A stretch of 60,481 nt of DNA, from positions 1 through 60,481 of the forward strand of contig NZ_CALEFV010000051.1 of NCBI RefSeq assembly GCF_937877005.1. Reading direction: 5' to 3'. Of this stretch, positions 1 through 9,355 are shown one piece after another. The position numbers were made by a program, and so were the translations under genes. Positions within the stretch are counted from its first letter, which is position 1. Each line of letters starts with the position of its first letter. The DNA comes from an uncultured Fibrobacter sp. GTDB lineage: Bacteria > Fibrobacterota > Fibrobacteria > Fibrobacterales > Fibrobacteraceae. The notes under the pieces were generated by a model. The model made no database searches and was not told where the DNA came from. It worked only from the letters and a program-made list of their open reading frames with translations.

Positions 1-855
1 GTTGTAATCGAAGGCGCGCACGTTCAGCGCGGCGAAGATTTCGTTCAAGGCGTTCTCAGCGTAGCATTTGTCCTTGCCGTCGGAGATGAAATGTACAACT
101 TTGCCTACCCATGCGCTGGCCGTGGCTTTCTGGAGTTTGTAGAAGGGCTGGAAGGCGTAGCAGTCGGCATCAAAGATCTTGACGGATACCTCAAGCACGC
201 GGCCGTCTTTCACGCGGCCCTTGAAGTCCTTGCCGCACGGTTCCTTGACGCTGTCCACATATTTCTTGATGGCGGGGCTGAAGTCCTTCGGCAGGTTTGC
301 ATCTTCCATGAACTTGGTCTTGACTTCTTCCCAGCTAATGTTCAGCGCTTCGGCGCTGCGGTCGACCTTGGCGAGGTAGCTGTGCTTCAGCTTCGGATGC
401 GGATACAGCGTAAAGCTAATTGTTTCGCCTTCCTTACCGGGCGCCTGTCTGCGGTGGCACATCTCGTAGACCTTTCCGGTTTCAAGCTCGTGGACTTCCC
501 AGTCTTCGTCGCCAATCTTGTGCAGAATGCCGCGCTTTACGCGGGTCTCGGTAGACTTGTCGTTCTGCCGGCGACTACGGGCGCCAGGTCGGCGGTTATC
601 TTCGGGATACTGTTCTGCGATTTTCTTAATGCGCTTTTCGCGCTTTTCCTCGACCGGTTCTCCGTCGCCGAGTTGGTATTCCTTGTGGCTGGTACGCTTC
701 AGCAAGCCTTGTTCCACCATGTCGGCGAGCATCTGCTTGAATGCCATTTTCTGTTTTTTAGGAAGTCCAAGTGCGCTGCGCAGGCGGCTACCGACCATGG
801 GTTCGTCGCGGAGAATTGCGATAATCTGGTCTTCGCTAGGTAAGTTATGAGCCAT
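1..855 (-). CDS. rnr: Ribonuclease R-like protein, N-terminal part (runs off the window edge)
   Basis: Manual translation from ATG at 855: MAHNLPSEDQIIAILRDEPMVGSRLRSALGLPKKQKMAFKQMLADMVEQGLLKR...NLPKDFSPAIKKYVDSVKEPCGKDFKGRV, open to base 1. Resembles the RNase R N-terminal HTH and the LP..F..GR lead-in to the RNB domain. The expected TID..D.DDA motif does not follow (see findings). Confidence 0.6.
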   Translation of the reverse strand, partial: MAHNLPSEDQIIAILRDEPMVGSRLRSALGLPKKQKMAFKQMLADMVEQGLLKRTSHKEYQLGDGEPVEEKREKRIKKIAEQYPEDNRRPGARSRRQNDKSTETRVKRGILHKIGDEDWEVHELETGKVYEMCHRRQAPGKEGETISFTLYPHPKLKHSYLAKVDRSAEALNISWEEVKTKFMEDANLPKDFSPAIKKYVDSVKEPCGKDFKGRVKDGRVLEVSVKIFDADCYAFQPFYKLQKATASAWVGKVVHFISDGKDKCYAENALNEIFAALNVRAFDYN

Positions 856-856
856 T

Positions 857-1600
857 CTATGCCTCCTTGGATGCTTCGGCGTTTTCGGCCTGCTTGTAGG
901 GCAACGCGGATTCGATCATGTCATGGATCTCGTTGCGCAAATCGTTCATAGTCTTTTCGGCGTAACTTTCGGGAGTCTGTAGCGGGTGCACCACAATTTT
1001 CACCACGCCCGGAGTCTGCGCCCACTTTACCTTGGAAAGTCGTTTACCTGTATCTACCAATGTAATCGGTAAAAGGGGAAATAGGTTATCTTTTGCCATT
1101 CTGAATATTCCATTCTGGAATGGTAGCAGGCGACCATCGGTGCTGCGGTGGCCTTCGGGGAACACGGTGATGGTGTAGTTATGTTCAAGTCTGTCTTTGA
1201 CGAGCTTGCCCATTCCAGCGTTCTTGCGCGGGTCCTTGTGATTTACGGGAATGCAACCGACCTTTGTCAGCACCCAGCCAAACAGGGGAATATTCCAGAG
1301 TTCGCCCTTTGCAATAAACGCGGTGATTGCGATCGAGGGCCATAGCACGTTGATGTCCAGGAAACTTTGGTGGTTAGCTACGATGACGAATCGCTTGTCG
1401 CTTGGAATGTTCTCCTGGCCCACAATTTCGAGCTTGATGCCGAAAATCCTGAAAACGGCCCTGAAGAAGGAGGCGCACACACGGGTGCATTCTTGCCACT
1501 GTCCGAGCAGGCCTCCCCTAAAGAGCATGTAGGGGATTCCGATGAAACAGAGCGAAATGCCGATAGTCAGGTAGTATAGAATTGCGCGAATGAATGCCAT
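857..1600 (-). CDS. plsC: 1-acyl-sn-glycerol-3-phosphate acyltransferase
   Basis: NHQSFLD and FPEGHRS acyltransferase motifs; start moved to ATG 1600, which has AAGGA upstream. Confidence 0.9.
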   Translation of the reverse strand: MAFIRAILYYLTIGISLCFIGIPYMLFRGGLLGQWQECTRVCASFFRAVFRIFGIKLEIVGQENIPSDKRFVIVANHQSFLDINVLWPSIAITAFIAKGELWNIPLFGWVLTKVGCIPVNHKDPRKNAGMGKLVKDRLEHNYTITVFPEGHRSTDGRLLPFQNGIFRMAKDNLFPLLPITLVDTGKRLSKVKWAQTPGVVKIVVHPLQTPESYAEKTMNDLRNEIHDMIESALPYKQAENAEASKEA

Positions 1601-1631
1601 AGTAATCCTTGCGACGGTTGAATATACAGAA

Positions 1632-2636
1632 TTAGACCTTGATTTTCCAGTCGAGGGTCTGGCCTGCGGCAAGCGGAACGACTCCGTTAACAATGTTGGG
1701 CACGACCCATGATTCCTTGACCACTTCTATCTGCTGGGTGGTGCGCGGAAGCCCGTAGAAATCGGCTCCGAAACCTGCGATGAAGTTCGAAAGTTTGTCG
1801 AGGTGGCCTGCGCGTTCAAATTCCTGAATGAGTAGCGGAATTGCTACCGGAGCGCTGTAGACGCCCGCCGCACCGCACGGACATTCCTTTTTGCTCAGCT
1901 GGTGCGGTGCGGAGTCCGTGCCGAGGAAAAACTTTGGATTGCCGCTGAAGGCGGCTTCGCGGATGGCGGCACGATCTTCAGGCCGTTTCGGCAGCGGCTT
2001 GCAGAAATGGTGCGGCCTGAGGGCGTCTCCGACGATATCGTCGAGGGTCATCATCAGGTGATGTACCGTGAAGGTTGCTGCTACGTTGGCAGGAAGTCTC
2101 TTGACAGCCTCGACGGACTTGGCGGAACTCAGGTGCTCAAAGACAATCTTCAGCTTCGGAAACTTTGCCGACAAGGTCTCGACGCGCCTAATGAAGGCGG
2201 GTTCGCGGTCCAGGCAGAATTCGCCGGGTTCCTCGCCGTGCACGCAGAGTATGAGTCCGAGTTTTTCCATCATGGCGACTACGGGGAAGATTCCCTCGAA
2301 ATCACTGATGCCATCTGCGCTATTCGTGGTGACACCTGCGGGATAGTACTTACCGGCGACGACGCCCACGGCCATCATGTCCTTCAGGTCCTGTTCCGTG
2401 TAGTTTGGGTTCAGCTTGAATGTCATGAGAGGCACGAAGTCGGGACGCACGCTCCTGGCGGCATCGAGAATTTGAGCCTTGTAATCGGCAATCGCCTTTG
2501 CGCTTGTCATCGCGGGAACGGTGTTCGGCATAATAATCGCGCGGCCGAATTGCTGCACGAGATCGCGAACGTATCCGGGCATCAGTTCGCCCTGACGGAG
2601 GTGGGCATGAAAATCGTCTGGTAAGGGAAGTAGCAT
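1632..2636 (-). CDS. pyrC: Dihydroorotase (homodimeric type)
   Basis: DFHAHLRQG, MPNT.P, KYYPAGVTTNS, FLGTDSAPH motifs. Confidence 0.95.
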   Translation of the reverse strand: MLLPLPDDFHAHLRQGELMPGYVRDLVQQFGRAIIMPNTVPAMTSAKAIADYKAQILDAARSVRPDFVPLMTFKLNPNYTEQDLKDMMAVGVVAGKYYPAGVTTNSADGISDFEGIFPVVAMMEKLGLILCVHGEEPGEFCLDREPAFIRRVETLSAKFPKLKIVFEHLSSAKSVEAVKRLPANVAATFTVHHLMMTLDDIVGDALRPHHFCKPLPKRPEDRAAIREAAFSGNPKFFLGTDSAPHQLSKKECPCGAAGVYSAPVAIPLLIQEFERAGHLDKLSNFIAGFGADFYGLPRTTQQIEVVKESWVVPNIVNGVVPLAAGQTLDWKIKV

Positions 2637-2650
2637 ACCTTTGAATGTAG

Positions 2651-2741
2651 AAAATAGAGTTTAGAAATTAGAACTCAGAATGTGCGATGTGAGATGCGTA
2701 ATGACGAATTTTTCATTTGTCACTTCACATTTCACACTTTC
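2651..2741. repeat. Short degenerate heptamer repeats in intergenic DNA
   Basis: ttagaaa-ttagaac-tcagaa, tgtgcga-tgtgaga and the complementary ttcacat-ttcacac. Confidence 0.4.
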
Positions 2742-2743
2742 TA

Positions 2744-3559
2744 CTACCCGCTGGTACGCAAATCGCGGAACAGTTCCCTGGAAATGTCGTTGTTCGCGTT
2801 GACCCAATAGTCGAATGGCATGGGTTCTGTCAGCTGTTTCTTGTGCAGGAAACAGATGTTGCAGTCCAGTTCCTTGGACATCACCAGGTCGTGAGTCACG
2901 ATGATGATGGTCGTCTTGAACAGCATTCGCATGTTGTCGATCAGCGGAAGCAGGTTGCGACGGTTGTAGTTGTCAAGACCGGCCGTAGGTTCGTCCATCA
3001 GCAAAAGCTTCGGGTCCATGGCCCAGCTGCGGGCAATTGCCACACGCTTCTGCATGCCCATGCTGAGCATGTGCGGAAACAGGTCCGCTTCTTCGCGTAC
3101 GCGCATGAGGTCCATGGCCATGTTGATCTTTTCGTCGATTTCTGCCGGCGTGCCCATCTTATGGTATCGTAGGGGCAGGGCGATGTTGTCGCGGACCTTG
3201 AGATTTGAAATCAGCGCTCCGTTCTGAAACACCATTCCGACCTGGCGCTTGGCCACTTCGAGTGCAGTCAATCTTTCAGGTGGAATATATTCCCCGAAGT
3301 AGTAGAGGTTTCCGCGGGTAGGACGGATCAGTCCAGCGATGATTCGGAGAATTGCGCTCTTGCCCTGGCCGGACGGACCTCCGATGCAGATGGTTTCGCC
3401 CTTCTTGACAATCAGATTCGCCCCGGCAATCAGTTCCTTTTGCGGGTCGTAGTCGTCGGGCCTGAAGAAACCCAGTGTTCTCGGCGTCGAGAAAGCCGTC
3501 CCTGCGATGTCGCGATACGCAAGGTGAACATCTTCCATCTTTAAGGCTTCGTCTAGCAT
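2744..3559 (-). CDS. ABC transporter ATP-binding protein, MlaF/Mkl-like
   Basis: Walker A GPSGQGKS, signature LSMGMQKRVAIAR, Walker B LLMDEPTAGLD, VTHD; start at 3559 overlaps the permease stop (TAATG). Confidence 0.9.
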   Translation of the reverse strand: MLDEALKMEDVHLAYRDIAGTAFSTPRTLGFFRPDDYDPQKELIAGANLIVKKGETICIGGPSGQGKSAILRIIAGLIRPTRGNLYYFGEYIPPERLTALEVAKRQVGMVFQNGALISNLKVRDNIALPLRYHKMGTPAEIDEKINMAMDLMRVREEADLFPHMLSMGMQKRVAIARSWAMDPKLLLMDEPTAGLDNYNRRNLLPLIDNMRMLFKTTIIIVTHDLVMSKELDCNICFLHKKQLTEPMPFDYWVNANNDISRELFRDLRTSG

Positions 3560-4437
3560 TAGATAATCATCGAAAGGTTGTTCATGTAATCGACAAAATA
3601 GAATAGCGATAAAATCACGTCGGCAATAACGACATACAGGAAGGACTTGATGACGGAACGCGATGTCGCCTTGGGAACTTGGCGCACGTCGCGAGGAATG
3701 TTTAGGGCCTGGTAGCAAGCGTTGGTCGTGATGATGGCTCCGAATACGAGCGGCTTCAGGATGATGAATACGAAGTCGCTCAGCGTGATGGCGTTCAGAA
3801 TTTCGTTACTCAGGTATGTCCAGGTCAGCTGAATGTTGATGATGTTGCCGCTTAGGATAATCGCGCCCTTAGTTACAAGGTAGCCTGCGCAGATGGCACT
3901 TACACTAAAGAAAATGTTCATGATGAACATGGCGATGCAACCGCCGATGAGTCCCGGCATGACTAGGTATCGGATCGGGTCGACTCCCATGCTGGCGAGA
4001 GCGTCCACTTCGGAGTTGATGACCATGCTTCCGATATAGGTCGTGAGCGAAGATCCGCTACGGCCAGCAATGAGGAATGCCGTGAGAATGGGACCCAGCT
4101 CGCGGATGATCACGACGACGATGAGGCTTCCGATGATGTCCGAGAAACCCATCTTGCCCATCATGGTTATGACTTCGATAATGACGATTGTTCCGAACAG
4201 GGTTGCAACGACAAAGAGAATGGGAAAAATCTCGACACCCGTAAAGAAAGTCTGCAGGATAATGTTTCGGGAGTCCGTCTTGAAACTGCGGCTGCTTGAG
4301 AATAGACTGGCGATGGCCTTGATGAACAGTGCGATGAGCTGTCCCCATGTACGGTTCAATATGAAAAGGCCAAGCGAGTGGAACATCCTCGCCGGAAGCG
4401 TCAGCCTTTGCCAGTTTCTATAGCTCTTCTTTTCCAT
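3559..4437 (-). CDS. MlaE-family ABC permease
   Basis: IRELGPILTAFLIAGRSGS and EVDALASMGVDPIRYLVMP motifs; multiple TM segments. Confidence 0.9.
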   Translation of the reverse strand: MEKKSYRNWQRLTLPARMFHSLGLFILNRTWGQLIALFIKAIASLFSSSRSFKTDSRNIILQTFFTGVEIFPILFVVATLFGTIVIIEVITMMGKMGFSDIIGSLIVVVIIRELGPILTAFLIAGRSGSSLTTYIGSMVINSEVDALASMGVDPIRYLVMPGLIGGCIAMFIMNIFFSVSAICAGYLVTKGAIILSGNIINIQLTWTYLSNEILNAITLSDFVFIILKPLVFGAIITTNACYQALNIPRDVRQVPKATSRSVIKSFLYVVIADVILSLFYFVDYMNNLSMII

Positions 4438-5089
4438 TCACCTGTCCCACGGTTCCTGCCGTACCCAAGGCTTCCAGAAGGTTTTCCCATAAGTGATCGA
4501 GGCCGACCTTCTTGAAAGAGCTCACGCACAGCGGATTCGAATCCAGCCCGAACTTCTCGCGGATGGAGCGGAGTCCCTTCGCCAGTTCCGACTGGTTTAC
4601 CTTGTCGCGCTTGCTTGCGACAATCAGCACGGGGCAACCCGAGGCGCGGATGTTCTCGACCGTTTCGATGTCGATCGCGTGTCCGCCGTGGCGGATGTCC
4701 ACCAGATAAACGAGTCCTTTCAGGTCCTTGCATTTTTCCACGTATTCGCGGATAAAGTCCGCCATCTGGTCTCGTTTGCTGTTACTGACCTTCGCAAAGC
4801 CTACACCTGGTAAATCTACAAGAAAAAAACTCCCGTTGATTTTGAAAAAGTTTAATTCGCGGGTTTTTCCGGGGGTTCTTCCCACTTTAACGAGGTCCTT
4901 GCGGCCTAGAAGGGCGTTCATGAGCGAGGATTTGCCCACATTGGAGCGCCCGAGGAAGGCTATTTGCGGGAGCCGCTCTTCGGGAAGGTGTCTGAGGCTT
5001 GTCGCTCCTTTGACAAATTCTGCCGAAATGATCTTGAATCCGCCAACGACGACTGGAGCGTGATGAGGCTTGTTTTGCTTTTCGATCAT
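4418..5089 (-). CDS. engB: Ribosome biogenesis GTP-binding protein YihA/YsxC
   Basis: GRSNVGKSS, PGKTRELNFF, DLPG, SKRDK G-motifs. Confidence 0.95.
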   Translation of the reverse strand: MIEKQNKPHHAPVVVGGFKIISAEFVKGATSLRHLPEERLPQIAFLGRSNVGKSSLMNALLGRKDLVKVGRTPGKTRELNFFKINGSFFLVDLPGVGFAKVSNSKRDQMADFIREYVEKCKDLKGLVYLVDIRHGGHAIDIETVENIRASGCPVLIVASKRDKVNQSELAKGLRSIREKFGLDSNPLCVSSFKKVGLDHLWENLLEALGTAGTVGQVNGKEEL

Positions 5090-5682
5090 AAGCTGACTCT
5101 CCCTTCGAAGGCGCGGAGCATGGTGACTTCGTCTACAAATTCAAGATCCGAACCCATCGGGATGCCACGAGCAAGTCGTGTGCGCTTCACGCTAGTTCCC
5201 TGCAACATGCGGTCGAGCATAAGTGCCGTGCTGTCGGCTTCGGGGCTTGAACCGAGTGCGAGAATGAGTTCTTCGATATTTTCCGTCTTGATGCGCTGCA
5301 CGAGTTCGGACAGATGCAGATGCTCGGGACCGATTCCGTCGAGGGGAGAAAGGACTCCGCCCAGCACGAAGTACTGACCTCGGTAAATGCCCGAGCGCTC
5401 GAAGGGCACGATGTCCGAACTCTTCTCGACGACGCAGATTGACTTCGCGTCGGACCTTGTTCTGCAGATGGGGCAGAGGTCCTCGTCGGTGAAGGCATGG
5501 CAGCGCGCACAGGGATGGACCCTGACCGATGCGTTTATCAGATTTTCCGCAAAGCGCTGGACATCGTCTTTCCGACATGTCAGTATGTGATAGGCGAGGC
5601 GCCGGGCGGTCTTCTGTCCGATACCTGGCAGCGAGGCGAATTCACCTATCAGTGCTTCGAGACTTTGCGGCTCAATGTTCAT
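5086..5682 (-). CDS. recR: Recombination mediator RecR
   Basis: LPGIGQKTARRLA HhH, C4 zinc finger, ICVVE Toprim, LARGIPMGSDLEFVD. Confidence 0.97.
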   Translation of the reverse strand: MNIEPQSLEALIGEFASLPGIGQKTARRLAYHILTCRKDDVQRFAENLINASVRVHPCARCHAFTDEDLCPICRTRSDAKSICVVEKSSDIVPFERSGIYRGQYFVLGGVLSPLDGIGPEHLHLSELVQRIKTENIEELILALGSSPEADSTALMLDRMLQGTSVKRTRLARGIPMGSDLEFVDEVTMLRAFEGRVSL

Positions 5683-6907
5683 TGGCGAAACTGTATGATT
5701 CGTTGATGCAGAGCTTGAGTTGAGCGAAGTTCAGTCCGAGGTCCGTCAGGCAAATGCGTATCGATTCGCGGTCATCGAGTTCGACGGCATCGGCAAGTCG
5801 CAGCAGGTTGCCGAGGCGTCCGCTGCGGTTCAGCAGGGCGTCCTGCATTTCGTCGTCGGCAGGGGCGTCGGGCAAGATTGTTTCGAGCGGTGCACGTACC
5901 AGGGCGTCCATGCGGCTGATGAGCCCCACCATGAAAGCCTTTGCGCAAAAATCGCTGTCTTCGTTGTCGATTGTGCGGGCGAGGCTCTCGAGGAATTTGG
6001 CTCGGTGGCTTGCATTCTGGAACAGGGGAGACGCCTGTGGCGTCATGCCGAGTTCTGGGCGCGCGTAAAGCATGAGCATCAACCATTCCTGGATGCGCTG
6101 GATGCCGATCCAGACGATGGCGTCCTTGACCGTCCTGATGGTTCCGTGGCGAGTCAGTGCGTCGGAATTCACGAAACGTAGCAGGTTTTCGGAAAGGTCC
6201 GGGTTCCTGTCCAGGAATTCGCAGAGGTCCTCGAGGTTCGGCTTGGACTTGAGACGGAGAAGCAGCTGCAGGATAGTCGCCGAAGTGGCGTCAATCTTCT
6301 TGCCTGTCACGAGTTCGGGCTTGGCAAAGAAGAATCCCTGGAAGTAGTCGTAGCCCGCTTCCTCGCAGCGCTTGAAAGTCGCCTCGTCCTCTACTTTTTC
6401 GGCGAGCAGGCGAATACCCTTCTGCTTGAAGAAGGTGGCGGCCTTCGTCATGGAGTCGAGCGAGTTGTCCACCACGTCCATCTTGATGTAGGACACGTAG
6501 GGAAACAGAGGCTCGAAACGCTTGATGAATTCGTCATTGAAGATGAAGTCGTCGATTGCAAGCTCAAAGCCTAGCGAACGATAACGCTGTACCGATTTCA
6601 CGATGGCGTCATCCACCAGGACATCCTCGAGAACTTCGAGAACGAAATACTTCGGGTTCAGAAGTCCAAACAGGTTGTCGAGCAGCATGTTTCGGCTACA
6701 GTTCACGAAGGCCTTGTTCTTGCCGATCAGACGCTGGATGCCGATATTGTTCAGGACATTTTCGAGTACCTGCGCTGTAGCGAGGACATCGCTCGCTATG
6801 ACGGCGATATCGCTTTCAGGCGAGTCGCGGAACAAAAGTTCGTAGGCGTAGATTTTGCCTTCGCGATCGAGGATGGGCTGGCGTGCTAGATAGGCGAGAG
6901 AATGCAT
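5672..6907 (-). CDS. EAL + HDOD domain protein (YuxH/PdeH-like putative c-di-GMP phosphodiesterase)
   Basis: ARQPI..AYELLFR, LEVLE, IDDF, LLAEKVE, FQGFFFAKP, followed by an HDOD-like C-terminus. Confidence 0.88.
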   Translation of the reverse strand: MHSLAYLARQPILDREGKIYAYELLFRDSPESDIAVIASDVLATAQVLENVLNNIGIQRLIGKNKAFVNCSRNMLLDNLFGLLNPKYFVLEVLEDVLVDDAIVKSVQRYRSLGFELAIDDFIFNDEFIKRFEPLFPYVSYIKMDVVDNSLDSMTKAATFFKQKGIRLLAEKVEDEATFKRCEEAGYDYFQGFFFAKPELVTGKKIDATSATILQLLLRLKSKPNLEDLCEFLDRNPDLSENLLRFVNSDALTRHGTIRTVKDAIVWIGIQRIQEWLMLMLYARPELGMTPQASPLFQNASHRAKFLESLARTIDNEDSDFCAKAFMVGLISRMDALVRAPLETILPDAPADDEMQDALLNRSGRLGNLLRLADAVELDDRESIRICLTDLGLNFAQLKLCINESYSFANEH

Positions 6908-6910
6908 GCG

Positions 6911-7750
6911 TTAAATTCTTGCGCTCTTGATACCGAACAGGAGAATGCTCCTTGCACCGGCATCCCAGAGCTTGTCCATGATGGAGTTCGCCTCTTCTTG
7001 TGGAACCATGGCCTTTACGGAGTACCATTCGCGGCCGTGCAGCTTGGTCACGGTCGGGGCATCGAGACCCGGCGTGAGCTCGCAAGCCTTGGCCAGGAGC
7101 TCGGCGGGGCAGTCGTATTCGATCATCATGTACGACTGGGCGACAAGCTTGCCTTCGATGCGACGGATGAGCGTGTGGACTTCTTCGAGTTCGGTCTTCT
7201 GAGGGTTGCAGAAGAGGGCTGCGTTGCTGCGGAAGAGCGGTTCGCCCACGATGCGGAGTCCGGCCTGCTTAAGGGTCGTTCCCGTTTCGACCACGTCGAC
7301 GATCGCATCTGCCACGCCGAGGCTCACGGAAATTTCGACGGCGCCTTCGAGCACCACGAAGTTCATGTCCTTTTTGTAGAAACCTTCCACGATGTGCGGG
7401 AAGCTAGTCGCAATGGTCTTGTCCTTGAGCTCGTCGAGCGATTGTACCGGACTTTCGTTCGGCACGGCGGCGCACATCTTGGATGCGCCGAAGGGGAGGT
7501 CCAGGACCTTCACTGCGGGGCTCTTTGCTTCGGCATTGAAGTCAATGCCTGTAATGCCAGCATCGATGATGCCGCGTCCCACGTACATGGGAATATCGCT
7601 CGGACGCAGGAAGAAAAATTCGATGCCGTTCTTGGTGTCGAGCTGTGTTAATGTCTTGTAGGGCTTGGAAGCCTTGTAGCCGCAGGCCTTCAGGAGTTCC
7701 TGGGTGGGCTCAAACAGCATGCCCTTATTGGGGAGAGCGACCTTAATCAT
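6911..7750 (-). CDS. hisG: ATP phosphoribosyltransferase (long form)
   Basis: MIKVALPNKG start, GAVEI..LGVADAIVDVVETGTTL, C-terminal regulatory domain TPGLDAPTV. Confidence 0.96.
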   Translation of the reverse strand: MIKVALPNKGMLFEPTQELLKACGYKASKPYKTLTQLDTKNGIEFFFLRPSDIPMYVGRGIIDAGITGIDFNAEAKSPAVKVLDLPFGASKMCAAVPNESPVQSLDELKDKTIATSFPHIVEGFYKKDMNFVVLEGAVEISVSLGVADAIVDVVETGTTLKQAGLRIVGEPLFRSNAALFCNPQKTELEEVHTLIRRIEGKLVAQSYMMIEYDCPAELLAKACELTPGLDAPTVTKLHGREWYSVKAMVPQEEANSIMDKLWDAGARSILLFGIKSARI

Positions 7751-8007
7751 AGTTTTGCGTATACTTCTTCGAGGGTTAAACCTTTTTCGGCCATCATCAC
7801 GGCCACATAGTAGAGCACCTGGGAAAGCTCGAGACATTGGGCGTCACGGCTTTCGAAACGGGCAGCCTGCCAACTTTCGGCGGCTTCTTCGACGAGTTTC
7901 TTGCCGATGGCGTGCGGGCCCTTCTTGAAGAGTTCCGTGGTTCCCTTGCCTTCGGGCATTTCTTTTTTGCGCTGGCATGCCAGTGCGTACATTTCTTCAA
8001 ATGTCAT
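7747..8007 (-). CDS. hisE: Phosphoribosyl-ATP pyrophosphatase
   Basis: KKLVEEAAE..E.SQVLYY..VMM...GLTLEEVY; 4-bp overlap with hisG. Confidence 0.93.
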   Translation of the reverse strand: MTFEEMYALACQRKKEMPEGKGTTELFKKGPHAIGKKLVEEAAESWQAARFESRDAQCLELSQVLYYVAVMMAEKGLTLEEVYAKL

Positions 8008-8110
8008 GATAGACCTCGTTATGTTTCTTTACGGTTTAAAAGATAGAAAAGTTGATAGTAGGAAGTAGGAGGCCGGGAGCGGGAAGGGCTCCCCATTTAT
8101 TATATTAGTG

Positions 8111-9331
8111 ATGATGAAGAAGAAAACTCTACTCAACCTTTCTATTTCCCTTGCCTTTTCCCTGTCGGCACTCGCAGGCTGTTCTAAGGGGCTTAATCCC
8201 GACGATCCCAATGTTTATCGCAACAAGACCGGAATCATAGGCGTCTTCCGCCAGGCGGCCTTCTACTGCGAAAATATCGAACCCCAGTACATGACGCTTG
8301 GACAGCAGAAAATAATGGTCAAGTCGGGCTGGAGCAGTGAACAGGATAATTTGTTCATAAGTGAAATGAAACCTGGTCTCGCTCCGCTCTATAGCTACGA
8401 ATACCGCTGCGGCGAAGATGGCAACAAGCTAGTGCTCGATACGACCGACAATGGCAAGAAGGCTTTTCCCTATGCGGTAAAGATTCCCGATAAGGGTTTC
8501 TGCAAAATCGTCATTTCGTTCCTTGAGAACGATAACCTGTTCTCGCACAATGACGAGCTGCTTATCGAGTATTTCAAGAAGAACGAGGTTTCCGAAGGAT
8601 TCCACAACATTCCTTACTGCGAAGTGATCGATACCAAGGGCAACTCGGTCTCGTTCATGGATCGGGATTCCCTGAATAGGGCCCAGTACGAGGCGGCGCT
8701 CAAGAATGCTCAGAAACTGACTTCGGACGACATATATCCGCTAGTCTCGATTGATGGTAATTCCGACCTTGCGACCCTGAGCGGCGACAATTCGCAGGTG
8801 GTGCTCGTGACCTGGCACAACACCCCAGATGCTTTCAAGGACGGTGAAAATGTCGAACATACCGATAAGGTCATCTGGGCCTTTACCGACAAGGAATTCC
8901 TGAAGTGGTTCAGCGAGAACCATGAGAAAGTGGACAACTGGGAACTCCGTCTCAAGCAGCTGTTTGGTATGTCGCCCGAAACGAACTACAGCTACTTTAC
9001 AGTGTTCTGGGCCGATGTCAAGGACGTGTTCCGTCCCGCATTCTATCCGGAAATCAATTCTACCATCATGAACACGACCTTCTCCAATTCCCTCGAGGAG
9101 GATACGAGTGAAAATGCCATGTGGTTCAAAAACTGGTTCGACGAGACGCGTGGCAGGGCATACGGCAAAGATGGATTCCCGTGGACGCGCCTCGGCTATA
9201 CCTATGACTGGGGCAATCCCGAAAAGAAGTATGGTCTTTCGGAATTTATCGTGAAAGATGGCTCCCGCATCGAAGTCAAGTTCACCCGTAACAACAAGGC
9301 GTTCCTGAGCTGGATCAAGGACAGGATGTAA
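8111..9331 (+). CDS. Lipoprotein of unknown function
   Basis: Lipobox LAGC after a basic/hydrophobic signal; C-terminal block FPWTRLGYTYDWG...YGLSEF. Confidence 0.8.
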   Translation: MMKKKTLLNLSISLAFSLSALAGCSKGLNPDDPNVYRNKTGIIGVFRQAAFYCENIEPQYMTLGQQKIMVKSGWSSEQDNLFISEMKPGLAPLYSYEYRCGEDGNKLVLDTTDNGKKAFPYAVKIPDKGFCKIVISFLENDNLFSHNDELLIEYFKKNEVSEGFHNIPYCEVIDTKGNSVSFMDRDSLNRAQYEAALKNAQKLTSDDIYPLVSIDGNSDLATLSGDNSQVVLVTWHNTPDAFKDGENVEHTDKVIWAFTDKEFLKWFSENHEKVDNWELRLKQLFGMSPETNYSYFTVFWADVKDVFRPAFYPEINSTIMNTTFSNSLEEDTSENAMWFKNWFDETRGRAYGKDGFPWTRLGYTYDWGNPEKKYGLSEFIVKDGSRIEVKFTRNNKAFLSWIKDRM

Positions 9332-9355
9332 TCCTTCCGGATAGATTTGACGAAA

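Noticed and set aside
91..843. 250-aa plus-strand ORF
   Set aside because: Antisense shadow of the RNase R-like frame on the minus strand; no recognisable motifs
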